DNA from: Nymphaea colorata
Taxonomy: Eukaryota
Reading direction: 5' to 3'
NCBI RefSeq assembly: GCF_008831285.2
Contig: NC_045138.2
Coordinates: forward strand, 15,810,001-15,874,000
DNA length: 64,000 nucleotides
Part shown: positions 44,701-59,500 of the stretch, piece by piece
Position numbering within the stretch: position 1 is the stretch's first letter
How the letters are laid out: every line of letters begins with the position of its first letter
Notes under the pieces: generated by a model
The model's database searches: none
What the model was told of the DNA's origin: nothing
Seen by the model: the letters and a program-made list of their open reading frames with translations, nothing else
Translations under genes and position numbers: made by a program

Positions 44701-44760
44701 AGAGCCTGGAGAGGAAGAAGAAAAACGAGGGCTCTGGAGTACCTCAGTCATGGTTGGCAT
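38738..44760 (-). CDS. Rho/ROP GTPase-activating protein (CRIB + RhoGAP), ~493 aa; exons 44760-44327, 42964-42844, 42758-42639, 39759-39529, 39313-38738
   Basis: CRIB MDIGWPTDVRHVAHVTFDRFNGFLGLP, then SASVFGVSTESMQCSYD, AEGIFRIN (catalytic Arg), AWFRELP, NKMNARNVAMVFAPNMTQMADPL and C-terminal RVEAWR. All introns are GT-AG with consistent phases (1482 nt total). Confidence 0.95.
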
Positions 44761-47700
44761 CCAAGAGGAGGAAGAAAGAGAAGAAGTAATTAAAAAAGGA
44801 GGAGGAAAAATGAATATTAAAAATGGGGAGTTGGGGTCAGGTTGACGGGAGAAGCATCAGGGAGAGCATGCTTTGAGTTGGATTCAAGGCAGGATTTCTG
44901 TTCTTCGTGGGGTGGTTTCCTCCTTTTCCTCTCTGCCTTTTTCCTTCAATTTGAAAACTCTCTCTCTCCCTCTCCCACATTTTTAATAATAATAATTTAG
45001 GAGAACGTGAGAATCATGAAGAGAGAGAGGGTGGTGGTGCAGTTGCTGCGCTGGAGCTCTTCTGTGTGTATGTGTGCGTGTGGTATTGCTTTTACTCCTT
45101 TGTGGAACTGGGGAGGAGGGATTGTGTTGATTTGAAGCAAAGGGCTTCCTTTTCTTACAGACGAGGGGAAAAGGAATTTTAAGTACAAGAGTGATGACGA
45201 CGCGTTGCAATTGCTTTTTGTTCATGTTTTTATGTGTGGGCCTCGCACCTGCGCGGAGGGAAGCCTTTTCTTCAACTTCATTCCTCATAACTTCATTTGT
45301 CATAAAGGATCAGCCTTAATGCTTCTTATAACCTCTCCCAATCTCTCCCGGCTCACTGGTCGCTACCATCCTTTCCTCGCGCGGCCATCCATGGCTGAGA
45401 TTGGCTTGATGATTTAGGTAGGAATGAGCCTGCTCGTCGTAGCTTTCTAAAACTGCATAATTCTATGTAAGGGTTGGAACGACCTGAGAGAGGGAGAGCC
45501 GTGAGCCTGGAATTGGGCTCGAGAACTTGGCAAACGAGAAGTGGGTCTCTCCTGGTTAAACAACACACCAAATAGATCTTGGTCTTAACAAAGTCCAAAA
45601 GTATCGTGCTTCTCATATTTGGTACAGGACAGGTACCAATGTCCTGTGTTATTTTCTTTCTTTCTCTGGAGCATGAGAGCCAAATCTGCAGCCCGATCGA
45701 GTCACGACGCTGGTGCTTCCGAGTTCTGTAGAAGTCAAACAAGTAGTGAGAGAGAGAGAGCATTTTCTGTGTGCCGGTCATGGTTGCAAGCAGGAACAGG
45801 TCAATTTTCTGGCCTGTTCTATTGCAGAGATGCTTGCCTTACAGACAAGTTGTTCATATTACGCGTGGACTCACACCAAATGCAAGGACGCAAAATCTTG
45901 CCCATGACTTTGAAATTTTAGTTACTTCTAAAACATGAAAAGTAAGATCACAGGTCCGTGAAAGAAGTGTTCAGATTAGGAGCTGGTGAAAATAAAGCTT
46001 TAGTGGTTTCTACATGCCACATTAATTTACCTTTTCAGTACTTCGGAAGGAATGGAAATTATGGAGGTGAAATTTGAGGATGGCGACAGAAGTAAAGATT
46101 GGAGCAAATTTTTGAATGGCGACGGAAGTAAAGACTGGAGCAAATTTTTGATAAGTACACTTCGTCGTTCTCATATTTGTCTCAACTCCAACTCCCTATG
46201 ACGGGTAAAAGTAGATGAGCAACTCAATCTTAGATCTACTTTGCAAATATGGGTTTTGTGAAGCACATGGTAAGCTTGAACAGCCTGCATCCATGTTGGA
46301 CTTGGCTCTGGGGGTCAGACCATCTTCTTTCTTCTAAAAACAGATAGGCTTGTGCTGGCCAATGTCTACCCAAACAGAATGAACATACAGAAACTTTATG
46401 GCCATTTTAGCTAATATTATATGTATTTTCGGAGTTACAGTAACGTACAATTGATTCAAAATACTTAAGTAGCTCCCATGCAAATAGATAAACTTTTGAT
46501 TCAGATTCTATTTCAAACAACTTGGTTTGAGCCTCTCATATGCTTACAGCTCAAAATTTTATTATTATTTTTCTCTTGAAGCTATGCATTTACATGAAAA
46601 CAAGGTGGTTGAGCTAAGCTGATTTAAGCCCAATGTGCTTAAGAACTTGGCTCAGCTAATACCATCTTGCTATAACAGATGAATTAAGCTTAAGCCTGGA
46701 AGACATTAAGCTTGGCCAGTAGGATCTGGTAAAAATAAGACAGGAATAAAAGATTGAACACTTCATCAGAACATGTCAGAGAAGAGTGGAAATCTACAGC
46801 TAATTTTTTGGTTTTAAATTCAATCAAAGACAACTAAGCAAACTTGATATTTAATCAAATTATCCAGTTTCGCTTGAACAAATCAAACCTATGCTTGTTC
46901 CGTTACATAACAGCAGACCAGGTCATCAATTCGCCGCTGAATTTTTAAATATAATACCAGAAAATGGTTTAAGCTTTCTTCATGTGAACTAACACAACTG
47001 TGGTCGTGGTCCGCATGTTCTTAATACCATCAACATTAGGAATTCAATAATCGATCCAGCCTAGAGAATTAAACAATTTGAACTGGAGGCAGGTTCAGAT
47101 CTGACTTAATCGGGTCCGATTGGATCTCACTTAACCAGAGGGCATGTTTTTCTGATACTAAATCTGGGTCCAACTTAGAACCCATGTTTACCTCATTCAG
47201 ATTCGGTTTTCTTGCGCCAGTCTCCAGGTGGATTTAAATTAAAACTTGGATTCAGATGAGAAATCTAATTCATCAAATCTAGATTCTGGTGAATGTATAA
47301 CCAGATAAATCGGATTCATTTACACTGCTGATCCAGCTTCTTTGAGAACATGCCATGGGATCATATCATGTTCTGCAAGACAAATATGTAAGGCCTAACA
47401 ACAGGCAGCCTTTGGTTCATTTGTCAGCACATAAATTCTTCTCCAAGTCACTTTCTCTCATCATGTGGAAGAAAGCCCTAAACTTACAGATGAAGTGTGC
47501 CTATTGATCCAGCTGCCAAATAATCATTGATGAATCCCTGAACTTTTTACCTCCTTCAACTTGAAGATTCAAATTCTAGAACTTTATAGAACCAATAAAC
47601 ATGCCAACCCTAAGAGCCCAAAGAATTTCTATATGAACCTTGTTTCCATGTCAAAGTTAATTAATTAGAAAACCATGGGACATATATATTTAAGAGGAAA

Positions 47701-48483
47701 AGAAAAGACAAACAGGAACTGTTCAAGTACTAGGCAGCTTAATGGGCGGAACCAGAAAAAAAAAAGTGAAAAGTGCTTTGCTTTACAAGGACACAATTGT
47801 GAACTTGAAATCTGAAGTGGAAGAAGGAAATGGGTGATTTCAAAATTTGAAAGTGCCAACCTGCTTTTTTGAAAATGCCAACATGCTTTTACATAAAGTT
47901 TGAGAAAAAGGAGGACCTAGGTGCTGTCTTTTCCTGAACGTGAGAAACTTACGTTAGAATTTGGAAGTACTCAGAAATTGGCATTTCTTGCAGGGAGTCA
48001 AGTTTCAAATTCTAATTTGGTGCCTGATAAGCTCTCCTCTACCAATAATTGGAACTCTGAAAAAAAAGCTTAAAAAAAAGATGCATCTCACTAGGACATT
48101 ATGCCAAATAAGATACTTGACATAGTACAAGACATATTTGAATAGACTGGTAGCATTTGACTCTTATGGAATGATGAAGCATCCGTGCACTTCTATACCA
48201 AAAAAAAAAAAAAAATTGACAGAGTATCTTCCTGACTCTTTAAGGTTAGCTTGCAACTGGGTCAGATTTGGTATGAGGAACTAGTCATTCTTTTTTGTTC
48301 CGGTAACAGGCCCTATTCCAACATAACTTCCAATCTATTCAGATATCCCGGTTCGGGCCCATTCGCATCCCTGTTTTGGGGTAAGCACATAACAAGCTGC
48401 AGTTCCCCATGTCATGCTTGCAGAGAAGAGGAGCTTGCTGGTGATGGGTTAACCACTTTTTCAGAGTTTAAAGTTAGGGTGGT

Positions 48484-48486
<3 letters not shown>

Positions 48487-48566
<80 letters not shown>

Positions 48567-48594
48567 TATAGATATATATAGACACACACACACA
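48487..48594. repeat. Compound microsatellite (TC)n(TA)n(AC)n
   Basis: Directly visible. Confidence 0.95.
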
Positions 48595-50016
48595 AAAAAA
48601 AATGGAAAAACGAGGGCCAGAAAACAGTTGCTTACCAGCGGCCCATTGGCAACCCTGCTTCAACGCATGGACAGAATATTATTTAGATTATCCGTCTAAA
48701 TAAGCTAGCATACCATTCACAAGCAAATACCTGTGTGCCATTTATGGGAATCCAGGTCACTAATAGAAGTAGGGCAACAACTTGGCCTCATGCTATTAGA
48801 GAAAGCCAAAGAATCAATGTATCGCCAGAAGTTCAACACTTCTCGTCTCAATTTCTATAATGATACTAGTGTTTGCATCAGCCATAGCTAGATATCTCAA
48901 AGAAAGAGGACCAACTTTTTTCAAGTTTTGGCATGGGTTTGTCTCAGGTCAGCAATTATAATTAGGATTCTCATGAGCATCGCTCAATGTGCAACGTAAA
49001 CTGAAGTTATGCTGCTCCTGAGAGGGTTCATGTCGGAGATTCCTCCAGACCCACTTGAGAAAATGCAGTCTGCAAAAACATGCCCCAGCGCACATAAAAG
49101 ATGTGTTTCATTTCTCTGTTTTACCAAATTTTTGAGACTCAGCCCATGCAAATACCATTCCACCATCTATGGTCTAAAATTCTGCAGGTTAGCATCATCT
49201 GCCACAGTACCTGCTGGATTTGGTGTTAAATAACACATTAGAAGGCGTCAACTTCTAGAACACCAGGGAAGAACTGCATCAAGCACCGGCAGGAATCGTG
49301 ACTAGGTAGGTTAGAAGAAAAGCATGAGAGCATCAGGCACCGGCAGGAATCGTGACTTAGGTAGGTTAGAAGAAAGGAAGGAGAAGATTAGGCACTAAGG
49401 TCTAAACAACCAGGAGACCACGACCATTCAAGTCCTGCAGGAATCAAATGCTAATGAATGTAGAGATTCAGGGCATCGCCATACGCTCGTCAGCCTTCAG
49501 ATAGATAACTTACAACAGATCGTTAGTCCTATCGTAGCTTATGGAGAAAGTATAAAAAAAACAAACTACTAAATTAACTACTAATTTTAATATATCTTTC
49601 TGTATGAAATAGCACAGGATGGGCTGGCACACCTACACGTGCAGGCACGAATTGCAACCGACAAGCTGTATATATTATAGTATTCATATTCAAGACCGCT
49701 TAGATAAAACTACAAGAAGCAACGACGGCTCCTACATCAAACCCATCAAAAGAGTGCACCACCACCAAGGAGCATAGAACATGAGTAATCTGAATATGAA
49801 ACACGATAATCCGGGAAAAGATGGGAAAAAAAAAAAGAGCTGCATAAAAGCAGTGGCAACATCTGAAGCCATCTGTATAATACCAGGCAGCTAAATCTAA
49901 AACATTCTATAGGGTTAAAGCAAAGCTAAGACAGTTGGAAAGCTCTATCTACTCTGGTGTGGATGGCAGACAAAGATGCTTCATATAATCATATTACAGC
50001 TGCTTCGCCGGACCTA

Positions 50017-53000
50017 TCAACCCTTACTAACTGGTTCAAGAGCTTCAATCATCACTACACTGTTTCCTCTGATGACCTGCACAACCACACAATTAAATTA
50101 GTGAAGTTACCCAACCCCGACCAGATGGATACAGAATCCACTTGCTTCAACATGTGGCTATATCAAGATTGCTCATTTTCCCATTCAGTTTTATGAGGGA
50201 ATAACTCCAGTATAGCAGAGGGTCTTCACTGGAGTTGGACCAGAACCTGGTCACTTCAGAAGCTGCAGATGAACTTTATTGATTTCAAGAATATTCTAAA
50301 TTTTGGAGGAAAAGAAAAAGCAGAACACTTACCACCATCCCTATCTCAGTCTTTTCATTGCCATTAACCTCCACAGTGTTGTCCACCACCAAATTCATAA
50401 ACTGATCGAATCCACGAAGCGTGCCAACGACCACTCTATTCGCGTTCAGTTTTACTGAACCAAAGAAATGCAGTTTAGAATCCAATAGAATAACCCCAAA
50501 GCGATTAAACACATTTTAGAAATTCTGGCAGCCCTCCAGGATGAGCCAAATAATATGTTATCATAAAGGTGCTGCTTTCCAGCCCATGCAAAAATCAGGA
50601 GAGTCTAAATATCTCTAACTGATTCCCACAGTTATTTAAACACATTTATTTTGACTTATGAACCCTCAAATTTCTCAGGTTGTGATAGCTTAATCACATG
50701 TACAGAAAAACCAGCTACAACAAACAGAACTGATGCAACCTGTGACTCGTGGCTGGTAATTACAGGTTAAGGTAAATATACTTTTGATCTTCCAATTGTA
50801 GATCACAAGCATGACTTTACATAATTTTCAGCACACACAATTTATATAGCTACACAATAATGCGAAGATTAAACATGAAATTGCAACTCGCAGATTACAC
50901 AAAATGTAGCACTTTCACTTATAAATTTTAAATTTAAGATACACAAAATGTGTCATTTCACAGCGCACTAGCTACATGTTGGCACGTTAAGAAGATGTAT
51001 GTCCCCAGAAATGTCTCAAAAACTGAAACACTGAGGAACAAAGATCACCAAAAAAGACAGAATAACACAACGAACAGTTAATATATTAAGACATTCAGGA
51101 AGATCAAACACAAAAAATCAAACTGTCGCAATAACAATGCCAACATGACTATAGCTATCTGTCACAGGATTGACAAGCAAGCTTGCCAAGTAGCAAATAG
51201 AAAGAATTCCAAAAGGTGACTATAGAAAATCAGAAAAAAGGCTGTGTATCACGCCACAAAGAACTACAAGTCTGATGAAGGTGAATAGCAAACAGAGACC
51301 TTCATTACAAATTACAGGTAAATCCCATGAATATTGAACCATTTAACAATCATAATCACAAATACAGTTGTCTAATTTTTATCTGCAAGGTTTTCCTTGG
51401 GTGTTAATTGGAAATTTGTTTCTCTCAGGTCCAAAGTTCAAAACCTATGTGTTAGAAAGAAATTTAGTCTGAGAATCTCAAGGAAAGGAAAATAAGAAAT
51501 TATACAAAAATTAATGGAAAATTATGAAATATGAATTCTGTTACTATATTTTTATAAAAAAATATGGCAAAATTCAAAAAAGTTATTGAAATGTTAAAGA
51601 CACAAAAGAAAGGTTGAAATAAAATGATATATATGGCAATGCTATATCCATTACTCGTGTCAGAACCTTAATTTTTGTTTGCTCAGAAACATTGATTAAA
51701 TCTTTAATGTTTGACAAGAAGAATTAGTAGGACAGATAAAACTTGTCATTAAGCTTCTCAAGATCGATACAGCAACACAGAATTGGCTGGATTTAAGCAT
51801 GCTACTTCTGATCTGGACCCAATGTTGACTGCCTAGGCAACTTAATCACACAGAGCGGATGAGTAGATGACAAAGTTGTAGGTGCCAAATGTGAAGCAAA
51901 TACCATTCGGTTTCCATTCAGCAAAATAAAATTATTAGTTGCTCTAGTCACAAATCTTAACATGACTAGGACAGAATCTTCTAACATATAATATTTGTCT
52001 AAGCAGTGAAATGTACATCTTTTCATTCACACTTTAAAACAAATGGATTATGTTACAAAATGGAGCTATGCATGAATTCCATGAGGAAGCGATTTCATCT
52101 CTCTTATGCATGTGTAATAACATGCAAGAAGCACTGACCATATCAAAGAAGCATAACAGCATGATCAACAGCAACATTCTTTATTCAATATAAGCAGCCA
52201 TATCCTAGCTAACCCACTCTCCTGGATGCTTGGATGCACTTAACATCAGTGAAGATCATTTTCTAACCATATATCTATATGAAATAAAAAGAGGAAGGTG
52301 GTGGCGGTGGGCCTTGCACCATGACATGAAATGTCAAAAATGCTTTCAGCAAACAGAATACCAATTGACGCAACCAGCACATAAAAACTCCATCACTGAA
52401 CTCGCATGACTTTGTACCTAAATACATTTTATTGGATACTTGGATGCGTTAGTGGCTGCTAGGCACAGCCACAGAAGATATGGAAGCATTGTGCACTTTC
52501 CAGTTTAACACAACGTTTGGTAGCTTCCACTCGTAACATTTTCAGCCACAACCAAGTGCCAGTTTTAGTCCATGCCCACACACGCTATACAGAAAACAGG
52601 GAAATTTTCAGAAACTAAGAGCATAGAGCACATTGCACGGTTCGAGCAAGTCTCATCTTTTCCAAAACAAGTTAGGCATCTCAGCCACCAGTAAAGTAAA
52701 AGCACCGTTAAGAATCCAAGCATACGGTGCCAATGGAAAGACTTGGGAAAAGAAGAAGACCACTGAAGACTTGAGAAGGAATCAAAGTGTAACGAAAGAC
52801 TGGTAGGGGACTGAAAGAATAGCTCCAACCAGAAAGAAATGAAGAAATTGAGTTAATTAGTCGGACTCATGGCCCCGCGCTAAAGCTTGATGAAGAGGTT
52901 TGATGAGCCTGTCCGAGTTCAATGAAACAAAATTTGGGTACCCATCTGAAGGAATTTAAGTTTCGGAGAAATCTGTCTCCCCTCAAGCTATATACCAAAA

Positions 53001-53278
53001 GTAGGAAATGGAACTGGGGTTTTTGTTACTCACTGTGAAGCTTCTTGTCCATGTACCTGTCGAAATTTAGTAGAAATTAGAAGCAAACCCCAGACAAGAA
53101 AAAACCACAAAGATCCATACGACCTCAAAACTAATGGCGAAAGAAAGCGGGACAAAAAGCCAAAAAACAGAAATAAGTTCCAAAAAAACTGTGTGTGCTT
53201 GTGTGTGTCAGTGTGTGTGCGAGAGAGAGAGAGAGAGGCTTACTTTTTGAGATCAGGGGGCTGGCCAGATTTGCTCAT
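50017..53278 (-). CDS. SmG: Small nuclear ribonucleoprotein G (SmG), 79 aa; exons 53278-53244, 53056-53034, 50454-50333, 50076-50017
   Basis: Spliced protein [79 protein letters not shown], with Sm1 and Sm2 motifs and GT-AG introns (240 nt). Confidence 0.96.
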
Positions 53279-53355
53279 GGTGGAAGATGATCAACAGACC
53301 CTCTATGCGAGAGAGAGAGAGAGAGAAAGAGACCAGAGAAACCACTCCAATGTCA

Positions 53356-53364
53356 AAACCCTAA
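53356..53364. promoter_or_regulatory. Telo-box (AAACCCTAA) upstream of SmG
   Basis: Exact motif 78 bp upstream of the SmG ATG, next to a GA/TC repeat. Telo-boxes are typical of plant translation and RNA-processing genes. Confidence 0.55.
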
Positions 53365-54769
53365 AGTGAGAGAAAACCCGTCCCTCCGCTTCTTCTTTTC
53401 CCTCCCCTCCCTCCAAAATTTGTTGGGCAGGAAGGAACGCTGGGGATGAAAAGCGGGTCGGGTACGGTTCCAGATCCAACGTCACCGGAAAAGAAGAGAG
53501 ACCTTTTCGCAAGGGTCCGATCACGTACGCAAACTTTTGAACCGACAGATTCATATCAAAAGTTTTTGAAAACCAGGTTTTGAAAATTTTGCCTTCAAAA
53601 TCAGGTTTTTGAGTTCCATCAAAATTGGGTTTTCTTAAAACTCAATTTTAACAAAACCTGGTTTTGTTTTGTAAAAGGGAGTGGAAAACTGTTCTCAAGT
53701 TGTTCAAAAACCAAGCGTGTCACTCAAACAAAGAAACAGAGTTTGGGATGTTAAACGATAGAATTTGAAGCAGATATATTTTTAATCCTATTTACTTTTT
53801 CGGATGTTAAACGTAGAATTTGAAGCAGATATATTTTTATTCATATTCACTTTTTCGGATGTTCATATATTTGAATTTGAATTCAGATTTTAATATGAAC
53901 AAAGAAAAATCTATACTGTATCGCAATCTGAATCCGAATCTAATATTTAAATTAATCTTTGAACCCAAATCGACTTTTTAAGAACTAAATTTCTAAAACA
54001 CATTCGGTAGCGAATATTCACTTAAAACTAAATCCAATGTGAATCTGAATCTACTGATCAATTTGAATCGGACTCAATTTCTTAATTAGATGTTAATTTG
54101 TTTACAAATCCAATTTCTTTTTAAGCAATTAGCTGAGCATATGTTTTGTGTTCTTGAGACAAGTTCATATTAAAAAATTTAAAAATGTCTCCCAAAATTC
54201 CTTTTTTTTTTTGTTGGAAATTGCTCCTGGTTATCCTCTCTCGCAGGAACAATCTAATACCTTTTCACTACAAAAAGCCAGCCGGTTGATGAGCAGGAAA
54301 CAAGGGAAAGAGATGAATATTTTACAACATCAAACTCCACTAATAGAGATTACCAACAAACAGAAATCATGATCTCAGGATCTCGAGATTGCGACTTGCA
54401 AGTTAAACAAATCTGAGGCAATCTGGATGCACAAAATACCAAACTACAATAAAATCTTCAACCGTCAGTTTCTACTCCATAACTCATTCTTGATCTTCCC
54501 AGGTTTTGAGATAAACTGGTGCACTAACCTAAAAAGCCAGGTCGAGCAAGGGAACAGAGTCACACAGATCAATAACAGAGAGGTAATCACGAAATGGGAG
54601 TCGAGAATCATATTTAGACTCCAACAATCTGTGATTTGCAGCAAAATCAAAAGCACAAACATCTGAAATACGTAAAATTACAGATCAAGAAATACAAAAA
54701 CGAAACAGTCACAGCAGCAAGAGCAAACATGAAGAAAGAAACAGAAACATCGCAGCACAGCATTGCTGG

Positions 54770-55213
54770 CTAAGCTTCTCTTCTGCAGCGAGTGATGGAA
54801 GGGCAGCCTCTGCGGTAGGGCCTGACGGGACCCCTAGCCCGATAGCAGTTGTGGGTGTAGTAAGATCTGCCGGAGCGTGGTGGGCAGGGGATTCTGTTGG
54901 CCGAGAGAGCCCCATAGCTGATGTAGTAGTGCCGGAGGGATATCCACAACAGGGATCTCCTGCTGCCCAACTCGCCGCCGAACGGCATCTCATCGTCGGC
55001 GACGCCAAGCATCTCCTCCAACTCCGAGGTCGACCACCCTATTGCCTCTGTTCCCATATCCAACCGCCCGTTCCCCACCACCATCTCCTCCTTATTTTCT
55101 TCCTCCTCGGTCGGCCTATGGTGCGACTGTTGCTTGGCGCGCACCATAGTGGATATGAAGCAAAGAGGCAGCAGGAGGAGGAGCAGGAAGGCGAGATTGG
55201 CGCCGGTAGCCAT
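54770..55213 (-). CDS. RALF34: Rapid alkalinisation factor precursor, RALF34-like, 147 aa
   Basis: Signal peptide, acidic prodomain, RRSL site-1-protease site, YISY motif and four-Cys mature peptide YYISYGALSANRIPCPPRSGRSYYTHNCYRARGPVRPYRRGCPSITRCRR. The RALF34 subclade assignment is from recall. Confidence 0.93.
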   Translation of the reverse strand: MATGANLAFLLLLLLPLCFISTMVRAKQQSHHRPTEEEENKEEMVVGNGRLDMGTEAIGWSTSELEEMLGVADDEMPFGGELGSRRSLLWISLRHYYISYGALSANRIPCPPRSGRSYYTHNCYRARGPVRPYRRGCPSITRCRREA

Positions 55214-56016
55214 GGCTGTGATGGCTGATGGAAGGCGAAGAGAGCTAACAGATTGGTGCCAGGTTAAGTATTGAGCACCGGGAGAAATGCACCTGAGATC
55301 AACTATTTTAACTCATGTTGGTACACTCTTCTCCATGCTTCTCTGTCACTCTGCGAGCTCTGCTTAGCTTCCTGTGTCTCCTTGGTGCTATAAGCATATG
55401 GAGCCCACATATAGCTTCTCATGAATCATGAGAGAGAGAGAGAGCACCGACACTCAGGGTGCATTCTCGGGCGATGGATTCCTCCATTGATATCATTAGA
55501 AAAGCTGTAATTCTACTGAATCAGTCGGTAGTAATGAATGATGTTGATCAATACGTATATTTAAATAGAACTACTGTCTTTTTACTTTGAAAAGATTGCC
55601 GACATCAAGCTTTCCATTCTTCGTAGTTGTGCCTGTGTTGGTGAATTCAACTTTGGAAAGATCTCAAATCCTCTCCTCCCAGTTTTCTCACTTGAGATTC
55701 ATGAATTTGAAGAATATTGAAGCTCTTAAATTAATAGTTCTTAAATGAATAATTTGTTTCTCACAACGGATTCATGGTGAGCCAAGACCTAAGCTCGATC
55801 ATTCAGACAAGTCGACTTCAAACTCTCTTGACAACATGAAATTCATAAGAGCTTCATGGAAAAGCAACATGGGAGATAAAAGACTTTATGGAAGAAGTAA
55901 GAAACTCAATAAACTGAACTGAACTATTATGACATGCAATGTATTTCTAGGCGATAAAACCTAAAAAATGACAAGTTAATGATATCAAGATGATTGTATC
56001 TGATTTTCCTGAATTA

Positions 56017-56020
<4 letters not shown>

Positions 56021-56095
<75 letters not shown>
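56021..56095. repeat. (AT)n microsatellite
   Basis: About 37 AT units, directly visible. Confidence 0.95.
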
Positions 56096-56097
<2 letters not shown>

Positions 56098-56504
56098 TGT
56101 CAATGTATCTGATTGTATCGTATCAGACTAAACCATTATGAAAAAATCAGATATAGAAAAAAATTAAAATATGAAAGAAATCAAATCAAATTCAAATTTA
56201 AGAAATGACATTAGATCGGATTCGCACTCAAATATACACAAATATATTATCATTGTCGGATTTGCATTCGGATCAGGTTAAGTTTTAAATAAATATCATA
56301 TATTCAATGCGCTTACATTTTGAAAGTCAGGCGAATTCGAATTCTGATGTGAATTCAAGTCAGATTCATATTGTGAAATTGGATTTAGATTCAAATTCCA
56401 ATATGATTTTATTTATTCCATTAGAATCTGAATACATGAAAATCCAAAACATTGGATATGGTTAAGAGGACTTTAGATTTGAATATGATCCATTGACATC
56501 CCTA
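56094..56504. mobile_element. MITE-like element with (TAGG)GATGTCAAT...ATTGACATCCCTA termini, inserted in a TA microsatellite
   Basis: Inverted termini GATGTCAATG / CATTGACATC with (TA)n on both sides and internal TCGGAT/ATCCGA-type repeats. Related sequences at 60123-60547, ~53745-54120, ~4020-4385 and ~13063. Confidence 0.7.
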
Positions 56505-59500
56505 TATATATATATATATAGCCCTCCATATCTAAGTGATAACTGAAAATCCAACATGTATGCACTTGGACTCGATAATACCTTAGTGTTTCCAGAAAAT
56601 GAAAGTCCAATTGCATTGACCCCTCAAACTGTTTGCCAAAACATCTATAAATAAATACGATGGTGTTGATCTTCATGAGAGACAATGGAAACCCAAGATG
56701 GAAAAGAACAATATCGAAACGGTTGACATGACCAGGACCATTTTGGAAAAAAATTTCTATAATCATCAGCCATTAATCAAAAATAGCTGATTAGGTAAGC
56801 ATCATCATGAAAAAAAGCCTAAGTGTAAGCACTACCAAAGAAAAAATCCCAATTAATTACTTGGTTATGCCACATAGTAGTACTTCTGGCACCGTCACGA
56901 AAGGAGGAGACAGTAACCGGCACTTCTGAGCAGAGGAGGACATGAAGAGGTTCTTCCATGGAAGGTGAGATCGGACTTCTGTGCGCAAGTTACTGCAACT
57001 CATGATCTCTGGAGAGGTGCCTTATGGGCAATCACAAGGAAGGGGAGAACTGCTTCCAGAACAGCAACTGCGCTCAAGCCTTCCGTTGAAGGGAGAAGGG
57101 TTTAACCCTTCAACCAGCAAACTCCATGATCGCTTCACAGCTTGAAGTCGGTGTTCTAATCTGCCTTCTTTTCCTTCTTCTTGTAAAGCATGAAGAGGAC
57201 CACACATATTTAAAGCATCTAGCGACATAAATCATACAGCACAAAACGCTAGAATCCTTAGAGAGAGGTCAGAAATGGAAGAGTTGCAGTCGTTTGTGTG
57301 CTATACGCTGCACTCCATCCATTAATTTAAGCGACGAACTTGGAAGAGTGCGTATAAGGTCACAGCTGCTCGTCTCCTGGGGCGCGCATTTTCAGATGAA
57401 TGGTTTCTGACCCTTTGACCACTGTTGTTGAATTCCTTTTGTCCATTACTTGAACTAGCAAATTGAAAATGTCGCATGCATGTGGAATTGTGGATGACTT
57501 AATCTCTCTTGGTTTCCAGTAAGGGGAAGTGTTGTTTGCATGATTCAATGGTGCCTCTGACTGGATAATGTATGCCAATCATGTCTGTGGTATTTTACTT
57601 ACAGGAAAAACTTATACCGTTATACGATGTTTGAGAGACGCAAGAAAACTTAGTTCTGCAATGCTGCATCATCAAAAACCAAGTTACTGTGAGAATGACA
57701 ACTATCTGATTTTCCCAGCTTTTTCAAAATACATTTGCCAACTGCATTTTCCCAAACTGAGTTTAGGGAAAACTCAGTTTTGTCGTCTCCAAACACATTT
57801 TGAACTTGGTTGCTCTTTCTGGCCCTAGTTTGCCTCCAAGCCAATTATAAACTGGATTGAGGGCCTCATTAAACATGTCCCTGGAGGATGTTTCATTCGG
57901 GAACCCGGTGTTTTGCCAAGCGTAGGAGCCAATGCCCACTGGAAACCGAGTCTCATGTTTTGATATGTGGGGCTTCCTCAGCCTGACGGCAACAGAGGAA
58001 CTCTGGCCCTCAATTGCATCATACAACCAGTAAACGATGGAAACCAGAAGTAGAAAAGCAATTGAAAATGCCACATGCTGATGAAAACAAGTTATAGGGA
58101 TTAGGGAACAAGATTGGGAGACATGGTCTTGACCTGACAGTTATAGGACTGGCGAACAAGCTTTAGAAAAGGAAAGCAGGATTTACTGGTGCATACGGCT
58201 TAATTTGGGCCTGAGATGCCAATGTTTGTCTGTAAGAAATCTTAGAACTGCATAACTACCAAGCACAAAACAAAAAGATAAAGAAGAACTTTCAAGAAGC
58301 AAAAGTTTCTCCCTATGCGTACTGGAACACCATGATGATTGGTCACGACTTGTGTTTTCTTTTGATTCTTCAACAATGCATGCTTGATGGAACTCTGGCC
58401 CTCTATAATGAGTCTTTCTCCAGCTAACTTGGCTTTCTTTTGTTTTCCTTGTGCTCCTTCCTGAATCCAGAGGGCAGTGGTGGGATGAAATGAGGTCCTT
58501 GGCCAAGTTGAACAGAGTCCTTACCTATGATCACGCCAACGATATCTCAGTCTTGCAAAATTACTTTCATGACGGTCCATAAATTTTCCTTACGCTTTTA
58601 CGGAAAATTCAGCTCCGCCGCTTGAAATGAAGATTAACTGGTATGAGGCTACCCATATGCGGTGGCCTAATTTTTTGAAGACATTCAGCTTTCGTTTTTT
58701 AACAAGGTTGAAGCCCCTGAATCCAAGGAAAGTGTTAGCCTGTCTTCTCTGTCGACTCTTATTCTGTAATTGTGAGCTTGTTTGCAGAGGAATGGTGAAG
58801 ATGGAGCTCCATATCCCATAGATGTTGCAAATGGGTATCCGGTTTGACGTTGTCTGGATATTTGCTACTGCAAGGTATATTCTCTGTCAGAAGTTACAGC
58901 CTTCCTCTAATCATTCCATGCGAGACGAACTAGTTTTTACATGGAATTTAATTGGCTATTGACATGGTAATGGTGGGAGTGGTCGAATTGAATGAATCAG
59001 CAACTTTTTGATTTCCTTTTCTCGTAAATTTTTTTGGCGGACAGACTTGACTTCCGGTCCCTGAGGTTCTCAGGGTGGCACATAGACACTGAAGCCATAA
59101 ACGAAACTTCATCCTCTCTAAGGAGGAGATTTCTCTTGCAGTTGTTGCCTTTGTTTCTGAAACTGCAAGCTTCGATGTTAGCAATGAACATGAACAAATT
59201 TGAATCAAATAATCAACGGCCTGACACGGTCTAACTGATCAAGTTCGAACAGAGTTTTCACCATCAACTCAATTGGGCCAAGCCAGTATGAAGTATAAAT
59301 AAACTCTAAAAAACTGCTTACGCAAGAAATCTTGGTTATCTGAAGAAATCCACAGGCTCATCTTGTCATGTGAAAGACGCCGAGAAAAGTGAATGGTCTT
59401 TGTTTAAACCATGTACACATGCTTCATTTCTTCTCCACAGACCTTTTAAAAGCGAGTCATGGGCATGCTGCTTTACTTTGATAAGGAATACTTACCGTTC

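Noticed and set aside
48168..48240. ATGATGA...CTGA, a possible C/D-box snoRNA
   Set aside because: No terminal stem, an internal poly-A tract and no recognisable rRNA guide.
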